Source: Acidobacteriota bacterium (GTDB taxonomy: Bacteria; Actinomycetota; Acidimicrobiia; ATN3). From it: a DNA stretch of 64,000 nt. Positions 42,613 through 52,430 of the stretch are shown here, in pieces. The stretch lies in NCBI GenBank assembly GCA_003577105.1, contig QEUQ01000011.1, forward strand, positions 9,918 through 73,917, read 5' to 3'. A program made the translations under genes and the position numbers. Under the pieces are notes generated by a model. The model was not told where the DNA came from. It did not search any database and saw only the letters and a program-made list of their open reading frames with translations. Position 1 is the stretch's first letter; every line of letters starts with the position of its first letter.

Positions 42613-43835
42613 CTGACATTCCTTTCATGACGCCAGCTCACTCTAGAACGCGCAACGACAGGGCTGTGTCAACGCGAGTCGTAGACGCCCAGGTTCAGGC
42701 GCGCAAGTCTCTCGGGCTTTCCCTCGCCTTCGTAATTGGAGCGGGGTTCCTAGCGCTCACATATCAAGACGGGCCTTGGCTTCCGCTGCACCTGCTATTC
42801 GCCGGCGGGCTGTTGCTGGCGATCTCAGGGGCATCGCAGCTCTTCGCAGCCGCCTGGTCTGCCGCTCCGGCGCCGTCGGGGCGAGTCGCATGGATTCAGC
42901 GATGGACGCTGACTTGTGGCGTGGTCATGGGCGCGACAGGGCACGAAGTTGAGGAGCTGAAGGCGCTCCTCTACGCGGGTGCCGCCCTGGTGGCCGGAGC
43001 AGCTGCATTGCTGGCGTGGGTGCTGGTGCTCACTGCGAGCCGGGGGAGACTGAGGCGATTCGACCCTGCGATCCGGTTCTACGCGACAGGGCTGGCCCTT
43101 GGCGTTGCGGGCATTGGGATTGCTCCATTAGCACCCTCGGCAGATGGCCGCATCAGAACTGCCCACGCACTTCTTAACCTGCTTGGCCTGGTTGGACTGG
43201 TAATCGCCGGAACCCTGCCGTTCTTTGTGGCAACCGAGGCCCGGGTGAAGATCTCTCCGCGTGCCACGCCGACGCGCCAGGCAATTCTGCTAGTCGTGAT
43301 GGCGGCCTCAGTCTCAGCGTGTGTCGTTTCAATTCTCATGGGATGGCAGCTGCCGGCGGCACTAGGACTTTTCGTCTATGGCGCAGGAATCCTCGGAGAA
43401 CTCTTGATCCTTCCACGCGTGAGACAAAAGCAGCTCAAGTGGGCCGGGCCGCGGCTCTTGCAGCTCGGCGCAGGGATCCTCTGGTGGTCAGGCTCAGTTC
43501 TATTTGCCGGAACTGTCGTGCTCGGCGGAGGCGAGCCGTTTGGGGGCCGGTCCGTGATAGTTCTCGCGGTTGGAGGTTTTCTTCAGATCTTGCTTGGCTC
43601 ACTCGCTTACCTTGGTCCCGTGTTGCGCGGCGGTGGGCACGTGAGGCTGGCGGAAGGATTCTCGATCACCAGATCGTGGGAGTCCCTTGTAGCGGTCAAC
43701 CTGGCGACCCTCGCCCTGCTGGCCAATCATTGGACGGTCGCCGGTATCGCGATCGGCATCGCACTTGGCGCGACCGCATGGCGCAGCTACCGGCTCCTCA
43801 AGCCGACTGAGTTAGAGGGCGTCGGAGACGGTTGA
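42582..43835 (+). CDS. Polytopic membrane protein (function unknown)
   Basis: About 10-12 hydrophobic segments, divergent from the DUF2249 gene. The start is uncertain (ATG42627 is an alternative). Confidence 0.5.
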   Translation: MACSAGRFQASDIPFMTPAHSRTRNDRAVSTRVVDAQVQARKSLGLSLAFVIGAGFLALTYQDGPWLPLHLLFAGGLLLAISGASQLFAAAWSAAPAPSGRVAWIQRWTLTCGVVMGATGHEVEELKALLYAGAALVAGAAALLAWVLVLTASRGRLRRFDPAIRFYATGLALGVAGIGIAPLAPSADGRIRTAHALLNLLGLVGLVIAGTLPFFVATEARVKISPRATPTRQAILLVVMAASVSACVVSILMGWQLPAALGLFVYGAGILGELLILPRVRQKQLKWAGPRLLQLGAGILWWSGSVLFAGTVVLGGGEPFGGRSVIVLAVGGFLQILLGSLAYLGPVLRGGGHVRLAEGFSITRSWESLVAVNLATLALLANHWTVAGIAIGIALGATAWRSYRLLKPTELEGVGDG

Positions 43836-45188
43836 CATGTTCCAGCCCTTGACGATCATCGGTGGTGCCTTCACCCCAATTCCGACATCGTCAAATTCGC
43901 GGGGTGTGGCAATCACTGAATCCCCCAATGCTGCTGCGCCTGAAAGCATGTCGACTGGGCTCATGTTGAAACGAAAGTTGTTGGTTTCGCCAACGATCTT
44001 GCCGTCTTCTATTAGGTAGACGCCGTCACGAGTGAGGCCTGTGAGCAGCGCGCTCTGAGGATCCACCATGCGGATGTACCAAAGACAATTCACATAAAGG
44101 CCTCGCTCGACCTCGCCAACCAAGTCAAGCGAAGATCCCTCATTGCCATCGAGAATGAGATTCCCCACGTAAGGCGCAGGATCGAGCCCGCTCTTGCTTG
44201 CGTACGACCGAGTCGAGACCAAGTTCACTTGCCGGCCCGAATCGATCCAATCGACCGCAGCAAGTGGCATGCCGTTGTCAAAGACTGATTCGAGACTGTG
44301 CGATGCTGACGTCACAACGAAGGGCAGGCACTCCATGGCCCTAGCTGCCGGATCCGACCGGAGGTGAATCATGGCCGGATACATCGATTCGCCGATCCGG
44401 TTACCGCCCGCCTGCCGATTCGAGAAGACGCTCTTGCCCTCGTCGGCATCTCTCAGGGCCATGAGCCAATACATCCAAATCAGCATGTCGGCAACGCACG
44501 AGCTCGAGAGCACAACGTCGTAACGCCCGGCGTCAACAGAAGCCCTAGAGGATGCAAGCGACAGCAGCTCAAGGCAGTGGTCAAACGCGCTTGGAGGATT
44601 CAGATCTGCGACCCGCTGCCCTGTCTGCCCCGACCACACCGAGTTATTCCACCCCTCGGTCTTGACGGTGATCCCGAAATGACTGCGATCTTCGAACCAA
44701 GCGTCTCTGCAGCCAGTAGAGGTTGCAAGATAGACCGCGTCGGATTCCTCTTCGAGATATCCAAATGTCTCGAGGGCAGACGCACGTGCGCCTTCGAAGA
44801 CCTCGTTCAGGTGGGCGGCAGCAAATTCGAAGAAGGCGTCAGGCTCGGGCAGTCCCGCCTCTAATTCAACGCGATTCGTTCGGCTGCCCTGGTAGAGGCT
44901 GAAGGCATCGGCGGCAGGCTGTGACCTCGATGCCACCTTTTCCGCTCCCCGCATGAGCTCGGCCGCATCGGCGGCTGTCGATACGTCAGAGCGGAGCGAT
45001 CCGACCGCTCCGTCTCTAATTGCCACCGCGGTCAGAGATACTCGGCGAGACTCTCCTGATGTCGTCAGCCTGTTCGAAGCAAATCTTGCGTTGCGCGAAG
45101 CCGAGGAGTGTGCAAATGCGATGGCGCCATCGGACTGGTGAGCCGCTATGGACGCCTCGACAATCTCCTGGGGCGCGATTTCAGCCAA
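43812..45188 (-). CDS. pmbA: PmbA/TldE-family metalloprotease subunit
   Basis: 458 aa, immediately downstream of tldD, with family-typical length and C-terminal pattern (GLTRDGVYLIEDGKIV). Confidence 0.7.
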   Translation of the reverse strand: MAEIAPQEIVEASIAAHQSDGAIAFAHSSASRNARFASNRLTTSGESRRVSLTAVAIRDGAVGSLRSDVSTAADAAELMRGAEKVASRSQPAADAFSLYQGSRTNRVELEAGLPEPDAFFEFAAAHLNEVFEGARASALETFGYLEEESDAVYLATSTGCRDAWFEDRSHFGITVKTEGWNNSVWSGQTGQRVADLNPPSAFDHCLELLSLASSRASVDAGRYDVVLSSSCVADMLIWMYWLMALRDADEGKSVFSNRQAGGNRIGESMYPAMIHLRSDPAARAMECLPFVVTSASHSLESVFDNGMPLAAVDWIDSGRQVNLVSTRSYASKSGLDPAPYVGNLILDGNEGSSLDLVGEVERGLYVNCLWYIRMVDPQSALLTGLTRDGVYLIEDGKIVGETNNFRFNMSPVDMLSGAAALGDSVIATPREFDDVGIGVKAPPMIVKGWNMSTVSDAL

Positions 45189-45192
45189 GTTC

Positions 45193-46695
45193 CTATCCCT
45201 TTTCGGAGGTGTTGAGTACGTTTACCTGCCTGAAAAGCGCAGCCGGCGCTCCATGGGAGACGGCCGCAACCTGTCCGGGCTGACCTTTTCCGCAATTGAA
45301 TGCGCCGCCAAGCACATAGGTATCCGGTCCGCCCACTGCCTCGCACGAGTTCCAGAAGTCGATCGTGTTGCCTTGGTAGGCAACGTCTCTGAGCATGCCA
45401 GCGATCTTGCCGTTCTTGATCTGGTAGTAGAGCTGCCCGGTGAACTGAAAGTTCAGCCTGCGCATGTCGATTGACCAGGAGTTGTCGCCGGTGATGTAAA
45501 TGCCGTCTTCGACGCCCGAAACGAGATCCTCGATGGAGGTATCGTCGGCCGACGGCTGTAGCGAGACATTGGGCATGCGCTGTATTGGCATGTGTTGCCA
45601 AGAATCTGCGTACGCGCATCCGACTGAGCGGGGAAGCCCTTCTGCAGCCGCAATTTCTCTGTTGTACTGATAGCCGACAAGTATTCCTTCGGAGATCAGC
45701 GGCCACTCCTGCGCCGCGACGCCGTCGTCGTCCCAAGCAACGGTCGAGAGACCGCCCTCTTGTGTTCTGTCAGCGAGAACGGTCACTGCGTCGGATCCGT
45801 ACTTGAGCTGGTCGAGATTCTCAAGCGTGGCAAACGAGGTGCCTGCGTAGTTGGCTTCGTATCCAAGAACCCTGTCGAGCTCGGTCGCGTGCCCGATTGA
45901 CTCGTGGATTGTCAGCCACAGGTTCGTCGCCCCTACCACTAGGTCGTACTTGCCAGCTGTTACCGACGGGGCTGCTAGCTTTTCCGCAAGGAGTTCGCTG
46001 TGCCTCTCAGCGGCGGCGAGAAAGTCGAAGTCCCTGATGTGCTCATAGCCGCGTCCCGCCGGGACGGAGTCGGAGCGCAGCTCGACGAGGCGTCCATCGC
46101 TGCCGGTAGCCACCGCCTCGAAATTGGATTGAAGCCTAGTTCGCTCCTGAGCCACCTCAGTGCCTTCCGAGGTGACGAGATACTTGAGTTCTTTGGCTTG
46201 GTCGAGCCAGGAATTGCAGTACTTGGCCACTTTGCCCGCAAGGACAGCGCGGTTCACCTCGATCAGGTGCGCAATCTTCTCGTCGACGTCGATTTCAAAC
46301 GGGTCGATCTGGAGCGGGGAGGACCATCGACCGGTAACGGGCGGTTCGTCTGCTAACGCGACGTCGTAGCCTTTGAGCTCTTCGAGTGCCGATGCCATTG
46401 CCAGAGCACGTGTGGCGGTACGTGCGACGCCGTCTGGCGTTATGTCATCGGAGGCGGCGAAGCCCCACCTTCCGTTGCGGACCAGCCGAACCGCGTATCC
46501 CTTCGAAGAGGAGTCTTGCAGTCTCTCGACGTCCCTCTCCTTGACCTCAATTCCCTGACGGCGATGCTTCTCGAGACGGAAGTCGGCATATGCGGCACCT
46601 CCGCCAACGGCGGTATTGAGTGCGACATCTGCGAGGTCGCGTCGCTGAATCTCGGCTAGCTCAGACATGGCCGCGATGCTACACAACTCACCCAA
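45193..46695 (-). CDS. tldD: TldD-family metalloprotease
   Basis: 500 aa. The HESIGHATELD zinc motif and GLTRDG-like C-terminal region are present. Confidence 0.8.
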   Translation of the reverse strand: MGELCSIAAMSELAEIQRRDLADVALNTAVGGGAAYADFRLEKHRRQGIEVKERDVERLQDSSSKGYAVRLVRNGRWGFAASDDITPDGVARTATRALAMASALEELKGYDVALADEPPVTGRWSSPLQIDPFEIDVDEKIAHLIEVNRAVLAGKVAKYCNSWLDQAKELKYLVTSEGTEVAQERTRLQSNFEAVATGSDGRLVELRSDSVPAGRGYEHIRDFDFLAAAERHSELLAEKLAAPSVTAGKYDLVVGATNLWLTIHESIGHATELDRVLGYEANYAGTSFATLENLDQLKYGSDAVTVLADRTQEGGLSTVAWDDDGVAAQEWPLISEGILVGYQYNREIAAAEGLPRSVGCAYADSWQHMPIQRMPNVSLQPSADDTSIEDLVSGVEDGIYITGDNSWSIDMRRLNFQFTGQLYYQIKNGKIAGMLRDVAYQGNTIDFWNSCEAVGGPDTYVLGGAFNCGKGQPGQVAAVSHGAPAALFRQVNVLNTSEKG

Positions 46696-46724
46696 CAGGC
46701 GTGGCGGCTGGCATCTCTGGCAGT

Positions 46725-47010
46725 GGGTAGTACCTAAGTACCGGTACCAAAGGCCATGTTAGTTAGTACTGATGTACCAATATCGCTATGCCTTAGTCAC
46801 GGGACTTCAGATAGTAACTCAGCCAAAACTAAGTACTGACAAATAGCCTGATAGAACTATATAGTTTCTCCGAAATGAGTCCGAAGAAACTAGGGCAGGA
46901 ACGCAGGAGTCAGGGACACAGACTGTATCCTTGTAGCACTGAAGTCTGCAAGAGAAGTTCACGGGGCATGGAGCTATTTGAAATGACGAGTACACAATTT
47001 GACGACACAC
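46725..47010. other. AT-rich intergenic region with GTAC-motif cluster and a 12-bp perfect palindrome
   Basis: AGTAC(C/T) occurs 5 times between 46729 and 46838 (GGTAGTACCTAAGTACCGGTACC, TTAGTACTGATGTACC, CTAAGTACTGAC). The palindrome AACTATATAGTT is at 46855-46866. GC content is visibly lower than in the flanks. Confidence 0.6.
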
Positions 47011-47108
47011 TCCTATACGAATCGCCAGCCAGGGCGGCGCCCTATGGTTCGGCGGTCGCCCTGCTGCCCGAGCCGACGGCACTGGAATGCAGCGGCGAGC
47101 GTTACCAG

Positions 47109-47474
47109 ATGGACACCGAAGCGAAGACCCGAATTCTTGTTGTCGACGATCACGACCAAATCCGCGACTCGATCTGTCGAATTCTCGCTAGGAAGATGGC
47201 CGTCGTCGGCGCAGCGCACAACGGAGCCGAAGCAGTCGAGATGGCTAAGCAGCACGTTCCCGATCTGATCCTCATGGACATTCGCATGCCGGTAATGGAC
47301 GGCATCAAGGCCACCCGGCTGATCCATCAGGACCAGCCGTGGATCCGAATCATCGGACACTCGGCATATGAAGATCGGGAACTCGTCACTGAGATGATCG
47401 ACGCGGGAGCAGAACTGTTCGTTCTCAAGGGAAGCGAAGACCTCGTCAGCTTCCTCGCCTCGCTTGGCAGCTGA
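47109..47474 (+). CDS. Receiver-only response regulator (paralog 1)
   Basis: RILVVDDHDQIRDSI...DLILMDIRMPVMDGIKATRLI...IIGHSAYEDRE...AGAELFVLKG, with no output domain. ATG47109 was chosen (the track ORF 46875 extends into AT-rich non-coding DNA). Confidence 0.75.
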   Translation: MDTEAKTRILVVDDHDQIRDSICRILARKMAVVGAAHNGAEAVEMAKQHVPDLILMDIRMPVMDGIKATRLIHQDQPWIRIIGHSAYEDRELVTEMIDAGAELFVLKGSEDLVSFLASLGS

Positions 47475-47475
47475 C

Positions 47476-49212
47476 ATGGTCGAACCGCAGATTTCAGAGC
47501 AAGCCGGGCCTCAGGCCAACTCCTCCGCGCGGGTTCGCCTCCTCCTCTTCGCAATTGCGCTGGCTCTGATCGCCGGAGGAATCATCACTCTTCGGGCCGA
47601 GGTTGGTCTCGATCCGACGCTCCTCGCGATCGGAACGTGGGTATCGCTGGCTCTGGCCGCACTCTGGGGGTGGCGCGCCTGGAGGCCCAAGGAGGCCTGG
47701 TATGACTTGGTTATTGACTGCGCCGGCCTTGGAGTCCTCGCTTGGGTGACGAGCGCTCCACTCTCGATCATGGGGGTGTTTTACGGAGCCGTTGTGTTCC
47801 GATCGGCGTTTCGGTTCAGGTCGAGTTGGCTGGTACGCCCGCTTTTGTACGCCGCAACATTCTGGTTCGCCGTCGGATTGTCATCTCGATCGCGCGAGCT
47901 AGTCGTCGCACCTGGCCGGGTTATTCCCGAGTTCGCGATCCTGACGGCCGTGTCTCTCATGGTGACCGTTCTTTTCAAGGTCACCAATAATCAGGATGTG
48001 CTTAACAGGTTCCAGAGCATTCTCAGGGAATTCTCGAGCGAGATCGCGGACTCCCGTGATCCGGGCGAAATCCTCGCCGACGCAGCATCGGCGATCTCGC
48101 GGCTGCTCTCATGTGACTCGGAGAGAAACGGCAAGGCGACGCCGCACAGCGAGTTCGTCATCGGATGGTCAGAGCGGGGTAGCTCAATGGTGGTTTCCCC
48201 CGGATCCGAGCCTGTCTTTGGCGAGTTGTCTTGCTGGAAATCGTGCATGGTTCGCCGCGGTCTCTCAGCCAAGTCGGCCTATGTATGCGAGCTCTATTCA
48301 AGCGAGTTCCTCAATACTGCTCAATGTGGAGGCCTCATGGAGAGGGCAGAAGCCTCGTCGCTGCTGGTCCTTCCCTTCCGCACCGGGAGCGATTGCGGGG
48401 GAGCGATCTTGATAGCCGATCGCCAGGCGGTGAGCGATGAGGTCCTCTCAGCACTTGTCACAGCGGCGGCATATCTCCGCATGGCGATGGCGACCGCACA
48501 GCTCGTCCATTCGCTGATGGGCAGCGAGGAGCGTCGCAACGCCCTTTTGAATCAAGTCGTGACTGCAGCGGAGCGGGAGCGCACCCTGATTGCCAGCGAC
48601 CTCCACGACGGACCAATCCAGTCCATCACCGCAATCACTTTTGACGTTGATTTCGCCCAGGCAACGCTCGCCGCGGGCGACTTGACTGAGGCCGCCGAGA
48701 CCCTCTCAAGTTTGCGCCAGCTCCTGACCGACGAGGTCGCCCGATTGCGCTCGATGATGGTTGACCTGGTTCCTCCGACGCTGTCGGAGCGGGGGCTTGT
48801 CGTTGCCTTGCGTGATTTTGTCCGGACTATCTCGGAGCGGCATCCTGGCATCAAGTTCGATTTCGGAGGAGACGTTTCTGTACGAATGCCCGCCCCGATC
48901 GAGCACACCCTTTACCGCCTCACTCAGGAGGCGCTGGCCAACGCGATCAAGCACTCTGGGGCAAGTTCGATCGTAGTCACGGTCACCCAAGATGAAGATT
49001 CGCACGTCGAGCTGGCAATTACTGACGACGGCGTTGGCTTCGACCCCGACACGCTTGAAGATCTCGTGCCGACAGGCCATTTCGGCTTGGCGTCCATGGA
49101 GCACCGCATGGAAATGGTCGGAGGTGAATTGCGCCTTGCTTCGGGACCGGAGGCAGGCACTCGCGTGACGGCGCGCGTCCCTGTTGGAAATTTGGTGGCA
49201 GTTGGAGGCTAG
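47476..49212 (+). CDS. Sensor histidine kinase (HisKA_3 / NarX-LiaS type) with TM and GAF-like sensor region
   Basis: 5-6 N-terminal TMs, H-box ERERTLIASDLHDGPIQSITA, and HATPase_c N, G1 and G2 boxes (EALANAIKHSGA, DDGVGF, GHFGLASM). ATG47476 lies 2 nt after the upstream stop. Confidence 0.85.
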   Translation: MVEPQISEQAGPQANSSARVRLLLFAIALALIAGGIITLRAEVGLDPTLLAIGTWVSLALAALWGWRAWRPKEAWYDLVIDCAGLGVLAWVTSAPLSIMGVFYGAVVFRSAFRFRSSWLVRPLLYAATFWFAVGLSSRSRELVVAPGRVIPEFAILTAVSLMVTVLFKVTNNQDVLNRFQSILREFSSEIADSRDPGEILADAASAISRLLSCDSERNGKATPHSEFVIGWSERGSSMVVSPGSEPVFGELSCWKSCMVRRGLSAKSAYVCELYSSEFLNTAQCGGLMERAEASSLLVLPFRTGSDCGGAILIADRQAVSDEVLSALVTAAAYLRMAMATAQLVHSLMGSEERRNALLNQVVTAAERERTLIASDLHDGPIQSITAITFDVDFAQATLAAGDLTEAAETLSSLRQLLTDEVARLRSMMVDLVPPTLSERGLVVALRDFVRTISERHPGIKFDFGGDVSVRMPAPIEHTLYRLTQEALANAIKHSGASSIVVTVTQDEDSHVELAITDDGVGFDPDTLEDLVPTGHFGLASMEHRMEMVGGELRLASGPEAGTRVTARVPVGNLVAVGG

Positions 49213-49216
49213 TCAA

Positions 49217-49591
49217 GTGAGTACGACGCGTGGGGGGAGGATCCGAATGCTCGTGGTTGACGATCACGATCAGTTGCGAGCGTCGATTTGTCGCATGTTG
49301 CGAAATCGCCTGGAAGTGATTGGCGAGGCGTCAAACGGTCTGGAGGCTGTCGAGATGACGCGGGAAATGCACCCCGACCTTGTCTTGATGGATGTGCGCA
49401 TGCCCGTCATGGACGGCGTTGAGGCGACACGCCTCATCCATGAGGAAATGCCAGAGATCCGAATTGTCGGGCACTCGGCCTTCCATGAGCGCGAACTCGT
49501 CGACGAGATGATCAATGCCGGTGCGGAGCGATATCTCATCAAGGGAGAGTTGGCTTTGGTTGACTTTGTGAGCAGCTTGAACCGAGACTGA
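49217..49591 (+). CDS. Receiver-only response regulator (paralog 2)
   Basis: RMLVVDDHDQLRASI...DLVLMDVRMPVMDGVEATRLI...IVGHSAFHERE...AGAERYLIKG, about 65 percent identical by eye to the 47109 gene. GTG49217 is preceded by GGAGG. Confidence 0.75.
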   Translation: MSTTRGGRIRMLVVDDHDQLRASICRMLRNRLEVIGEASNGLEAVEMTREMHPDLVLMDVRMPVMDGVEATRLIHEEMPEIRIVGHSAFHERELVDEMINAGAERYLIKGELALVDFVSSLNRD

Positions 49592-49636
49592 CGGCCCCTG
49601 ACACTTGTCGTCGATCTATAGAGGTGGGGAATTTCG

Positions 49637-50053
49637 ATGTTCGGATCGAAGCGCCATGTCCCTACGCCGACGCCCGACACAGCGCACTTCTGGGAAGGTA
49701 CGCGCAACGGCGAGCTGAGGCTGCAGCGCTGCAAGGAGTGCAAAGAGACTTACTTTCCTCCGCGTCCATTCTGCCCTGCGTGCCACTCTCGCGATGTCGA
49801 GGTGTTCGCGTCGTCGGGTAAGGCAACGCTTTATAGCTACGTAATTGCCGAGAGGCCGGCACCGGGGTTCGAGACCCCATATTCGATTGCCGTCGTCGAG
49901 CTAGAAGAGGGGCCGCGAATGATGACCAACATCGTTGATTGCCCTCAGACGCCTGAGGCGCTCGAGCTGGACATGGCACTCGAGGTCAAGTTCGAAGAGC
50001 TGACAGACGAAATCACCGTCCCGCTTTTCAAGCCGGAAGGGGGGCAGGCGTGA
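49637..50053 (+). CDS. DUF35 Zn-ribbon/OB-fold protein (thiolase partner)
   Basis: LRLQRCKECKETYFPPRPFCPACHS zinc ribbon followed by an OB fold. Stop overlaps the thiolase-like gene. Confidence 0.8.
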   Translation: MFGSKRHVPTPTPDTAHFWEGTRNGELRLQRCKECKETYFPPRPFCPACHSRDVEVFASSGKATLYSYVIAERPAPGFETPYSIAVVELEEGPRMMTNIVDCPQTPEALELDMALEVKFEELTDEITVPLFKPEGGQA

Positions 50054-51198
50054 ACTACACGGGAACCGCAATCGTCGGTGCTGCCGAGTCAACCGAGATG
50101 GGTAAGATCGCCGATCTCACAATGCTTGGCATAAACCTCGATGCCGGGATAAACGCGATCAAAGACGCCGGGCTCACTCCTGCCGACATCGACGGAGTCG
50201 CATGCGCTGGAGTCTCACCTGTAGAAGTCTCATGGGCGCTTGGGATCGTCCCAAAATGGCTCGACGGAACGATCGTTGGCGGCTGCTCATTCATGCTCCA
50301 TGTACGTCACGCCGCTGCTGCAATTGCTGCCGGGCATTGCTCCACCGTACTGATCACTCACGGTGAGTCGGGGCGTTCACGAGTCGGATTTCTGGGTTTC
50401 GGGGGGGCCGGCCGCTTCTCGAACTACACGGATCAGTTCGAAGCCCCTTATGGCATTTGGGGGCCGCCCACGACGTTCACAATTCCGGCGTTGCGATGGA
50501 TGAAGAACTACGGGATCACCGAGGAGCAGCTTGCAATGGTTGCCGTTGTTCAGCGGGAGTGGGCCGCGATGCACCCAAGGGCCTCATATCGGGACCCGAT
50601 CACCGTTGACGACGTCTTGAACTCGAAAATAATTGCCTATCCGTTTCGCAAGCTCATGTGCTGTCTAGTTACCGATGGCGGCGGCGCGCTGGTATTGACA
50701 TCAGCCGACCGCGCAAAGGACTTTCCGAACAAGCCCGTTTATGTGATTGGCACAGGGGAGTCCTCGGAGACCCCGATGGTGAGCCAGATGGACGATTTCA
50801 ACTACTCCCGGGCGTTCAGGACCTCTGGGGCTCTGGCATTCGCCGAGGCGGGCATCACGACCGACGACGTGGACCACTTGATGACCTATGACGCTTTTGC
50901 CCACACTCCACTCTTCGCCCTCGAGGCACTCGGGTTCACCGGCCAAGGAGAGGCAGCGGCGTTCGTGGCCGAGCGCAACACCGCGCCCGGCGGCAAGCTC
51001 CCAATGAACACCAACGGCGGCGGCCTTTCGTATATGCATTCGGGCATGTACGGCATGTATGCGCTGCAGGAATCGGTGCGGCAGCTGCGAGGGATATCGC
51101 CTTCGCAAGTCGACGGCGTCGAGATCTCGGTGGCTCACGGCGTTGGTGGCATGTTCGCTGCGGCCGGCACGACGATCATGACCAACAGGGAGCCATAG
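50050..51198 (+). CDS. Thiolase-like (SCP-x type) acetyl-CoA acyltransferase family protein
   Basis: 382 aa with the thiolase fold pattern (CAGVSP, NTNGGGLS, GHGVGG). The pairing with DUF35 is typical. Confidence 0.75.
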   Translation: MNYTGTAIVGAAESTEMGKIADLTMLGINLDAGINAIKDAGLTPADIDGVACAGVSPVEVSWALGIVPKWLDGTIVGGCSFMLHVRHAAAAIAAGHCSTVLITHGESGRSRVGFLGFGGAGRFSNYTDQFEAPYGIWGPPTTFTIPALRWMKNYGITEEQLAMVAVVQREWAAMHPRASYRDPITVDDVLNSKIIAYPFRKLMCCLVTDGGGALVLTSADRAKDFPNKPVYVIGTGESSETPMVSQMDDFNYSRAFRTSGALAFAEAGITTDDVDHLMTYDAFAHTPLFALEALGFTGQGEAAAFVAERNTAPGGKLPMNTNGGGLSYMHSGMYGMYALQESVRQLRGISPSQVDGVEISVAHGVGGMFAAAGTTIMTNREP

Positions 51199-51204
51199 TT
51201 CGCA

Positions 51205-52374
51205 ATGCGAGTCGCCCAGCTCGATTTCGCCGACCCCGAGTTCCCAGTTTCGATTGTCGAGAAGCCCTCACCCGATCTCCCAGGACCACAATGGGCGCGG
51301 ATTCGTGTGACCGGTGGGGGGATTTGTGGCAGCGATCTGCACCTGTTCAAGCCGACAACCGGTCAGACTCCGATGCTCATGAGCTACGTGGCGATGCCCA
51401 TGGAGCTTGGGCACGAGATCTCGGGAATCGTCCTCGAGGCAGGCCCGGGGTTCCCCATCGATTCGGGCGAACGGGTAGCTGTTGACCCCGTTATGGGATG
51501 TGTCGCGCGAGGCATCGAACCGCTGTGTCCGCAGTGCGCGATCGGAGCGGCCGCCTCTTGTCACAACTTGGCATCACGCGAGGTAACTCCTGGATTCATG
51601 ATTGGTTACACAAACGGACTTGGATCCGGCTGGGCCGACGAAGTGGTTGTCCACGAGTCGATGCTTCACCTCGTTCCCGATGCCGTCGCTGACGAAGCCG
51701 TGGTGCTGCACGAGCCACTCTCTGTTGTGATTCACGGCGTTCTCCGACGGCCTCCGCGAGACGGCGATCGGGTCTTGATCGTCGGCGCGGGCATCATCGG
51801 GCTCTGTGCGGTGGCCGCGATCAAGTCACTCTTCCCGGCCTGCCATGTAACCGTCGTCGCCAAGCACGATCACCAGCAAGACGCGGCGCGTTCGCTCGGC
51901 GCGGACGAAGTCGTCGCGCCTGCTTCTGACGGCTCGCACATCTCGGAGCTTGCCAAGATTGCCGAGACACACGTGGTCGGCACCGGCATGTTGGCGGGAG
52001 GGTTTCAATATGTGATCGAGGCGGTTGGTGCGCCAGGGGCTATCAGCGAGTGCCTTCGCTCGGTGGGCGGGGGCGGGACCATTATCTTTCTCGGCGCGGC
52101 TGGAGTGACCGAGGTCGATCTCACCCCACTGTGGTTCAAAGAGGTGACAGTCGCCGGATCGTTTTGCCATGCCAGTGATCCGCACGGTGCAGAGGGCCTC
52201 GTCCACTCGGTCGATCTTGCCCTTGACGTCCTTGCGTCGGGGGCACTGCCTCACGATCTCGTCATCACTCATGAGTTTCCGCTCGGGCAGTTGCGCGAGG
52301 CTGTCGAGACGGCTTTGGGGCGAGGGGAGACTGGAGCTCTAAAGGTCGTGCTCCGCCCCCAAGATATGGTGTAA
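51205..52374 (+). CDS. Zinc-dependent medium-chain alcohol dehydrogenase family protein
   Basis: GGGICGSDLH catalytic Zn motif, GHEISG, and Rossmann motif VLIVGAGIIGL. Confidence 0.8.
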   Translation: MRVAQLDFADPEFPVSIVEKPSPDLPGPQWARIRVTGGGICGSDLHLFKPTTGQTPMLMSYVAMPMELGHEISGIVLEAGPGFPIDSGERVAVDPVMGCVARGIEPLCPQCAIGAAASCHNLASREVTPGFMIGYTNGLGSGWADEVVVHESMLHLVPDAVADEAVVLHEPLSVVIHGVLRRPPRDGDRVLIVGAGIIGLCAVAAIKSLFPACHVTVVAKHDHQQDAARSLGADEVVAPASDGSHISELAKIAETHVVGTGMLAGGFQYVIEAVGAPGAISECLRSVGGGGTIIFLGAAGVTEVDLTPLWFKEVTVAGSFCHASDPHGAEGLVHSVDLALDVLASGALPHDLVITHEFPLGQLREAVETALGRGETGALKVVLRPQDMV

Positions 52375-52430
52375 TTCACCGACTTGGGCCGGTCCGAGAT
52401 CGCAATCAAAGACCGAAATGGGGAACTCGT

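Noticed and set aside
46875-47108. N-terminal 78-aa extension of the first response regulator (track ORF 46875..47474)
   Set aside because: The extension runs through AT-rich, palindrome-rich DNA with atypical codon usage. The receiver domain begins right after ATG47109.
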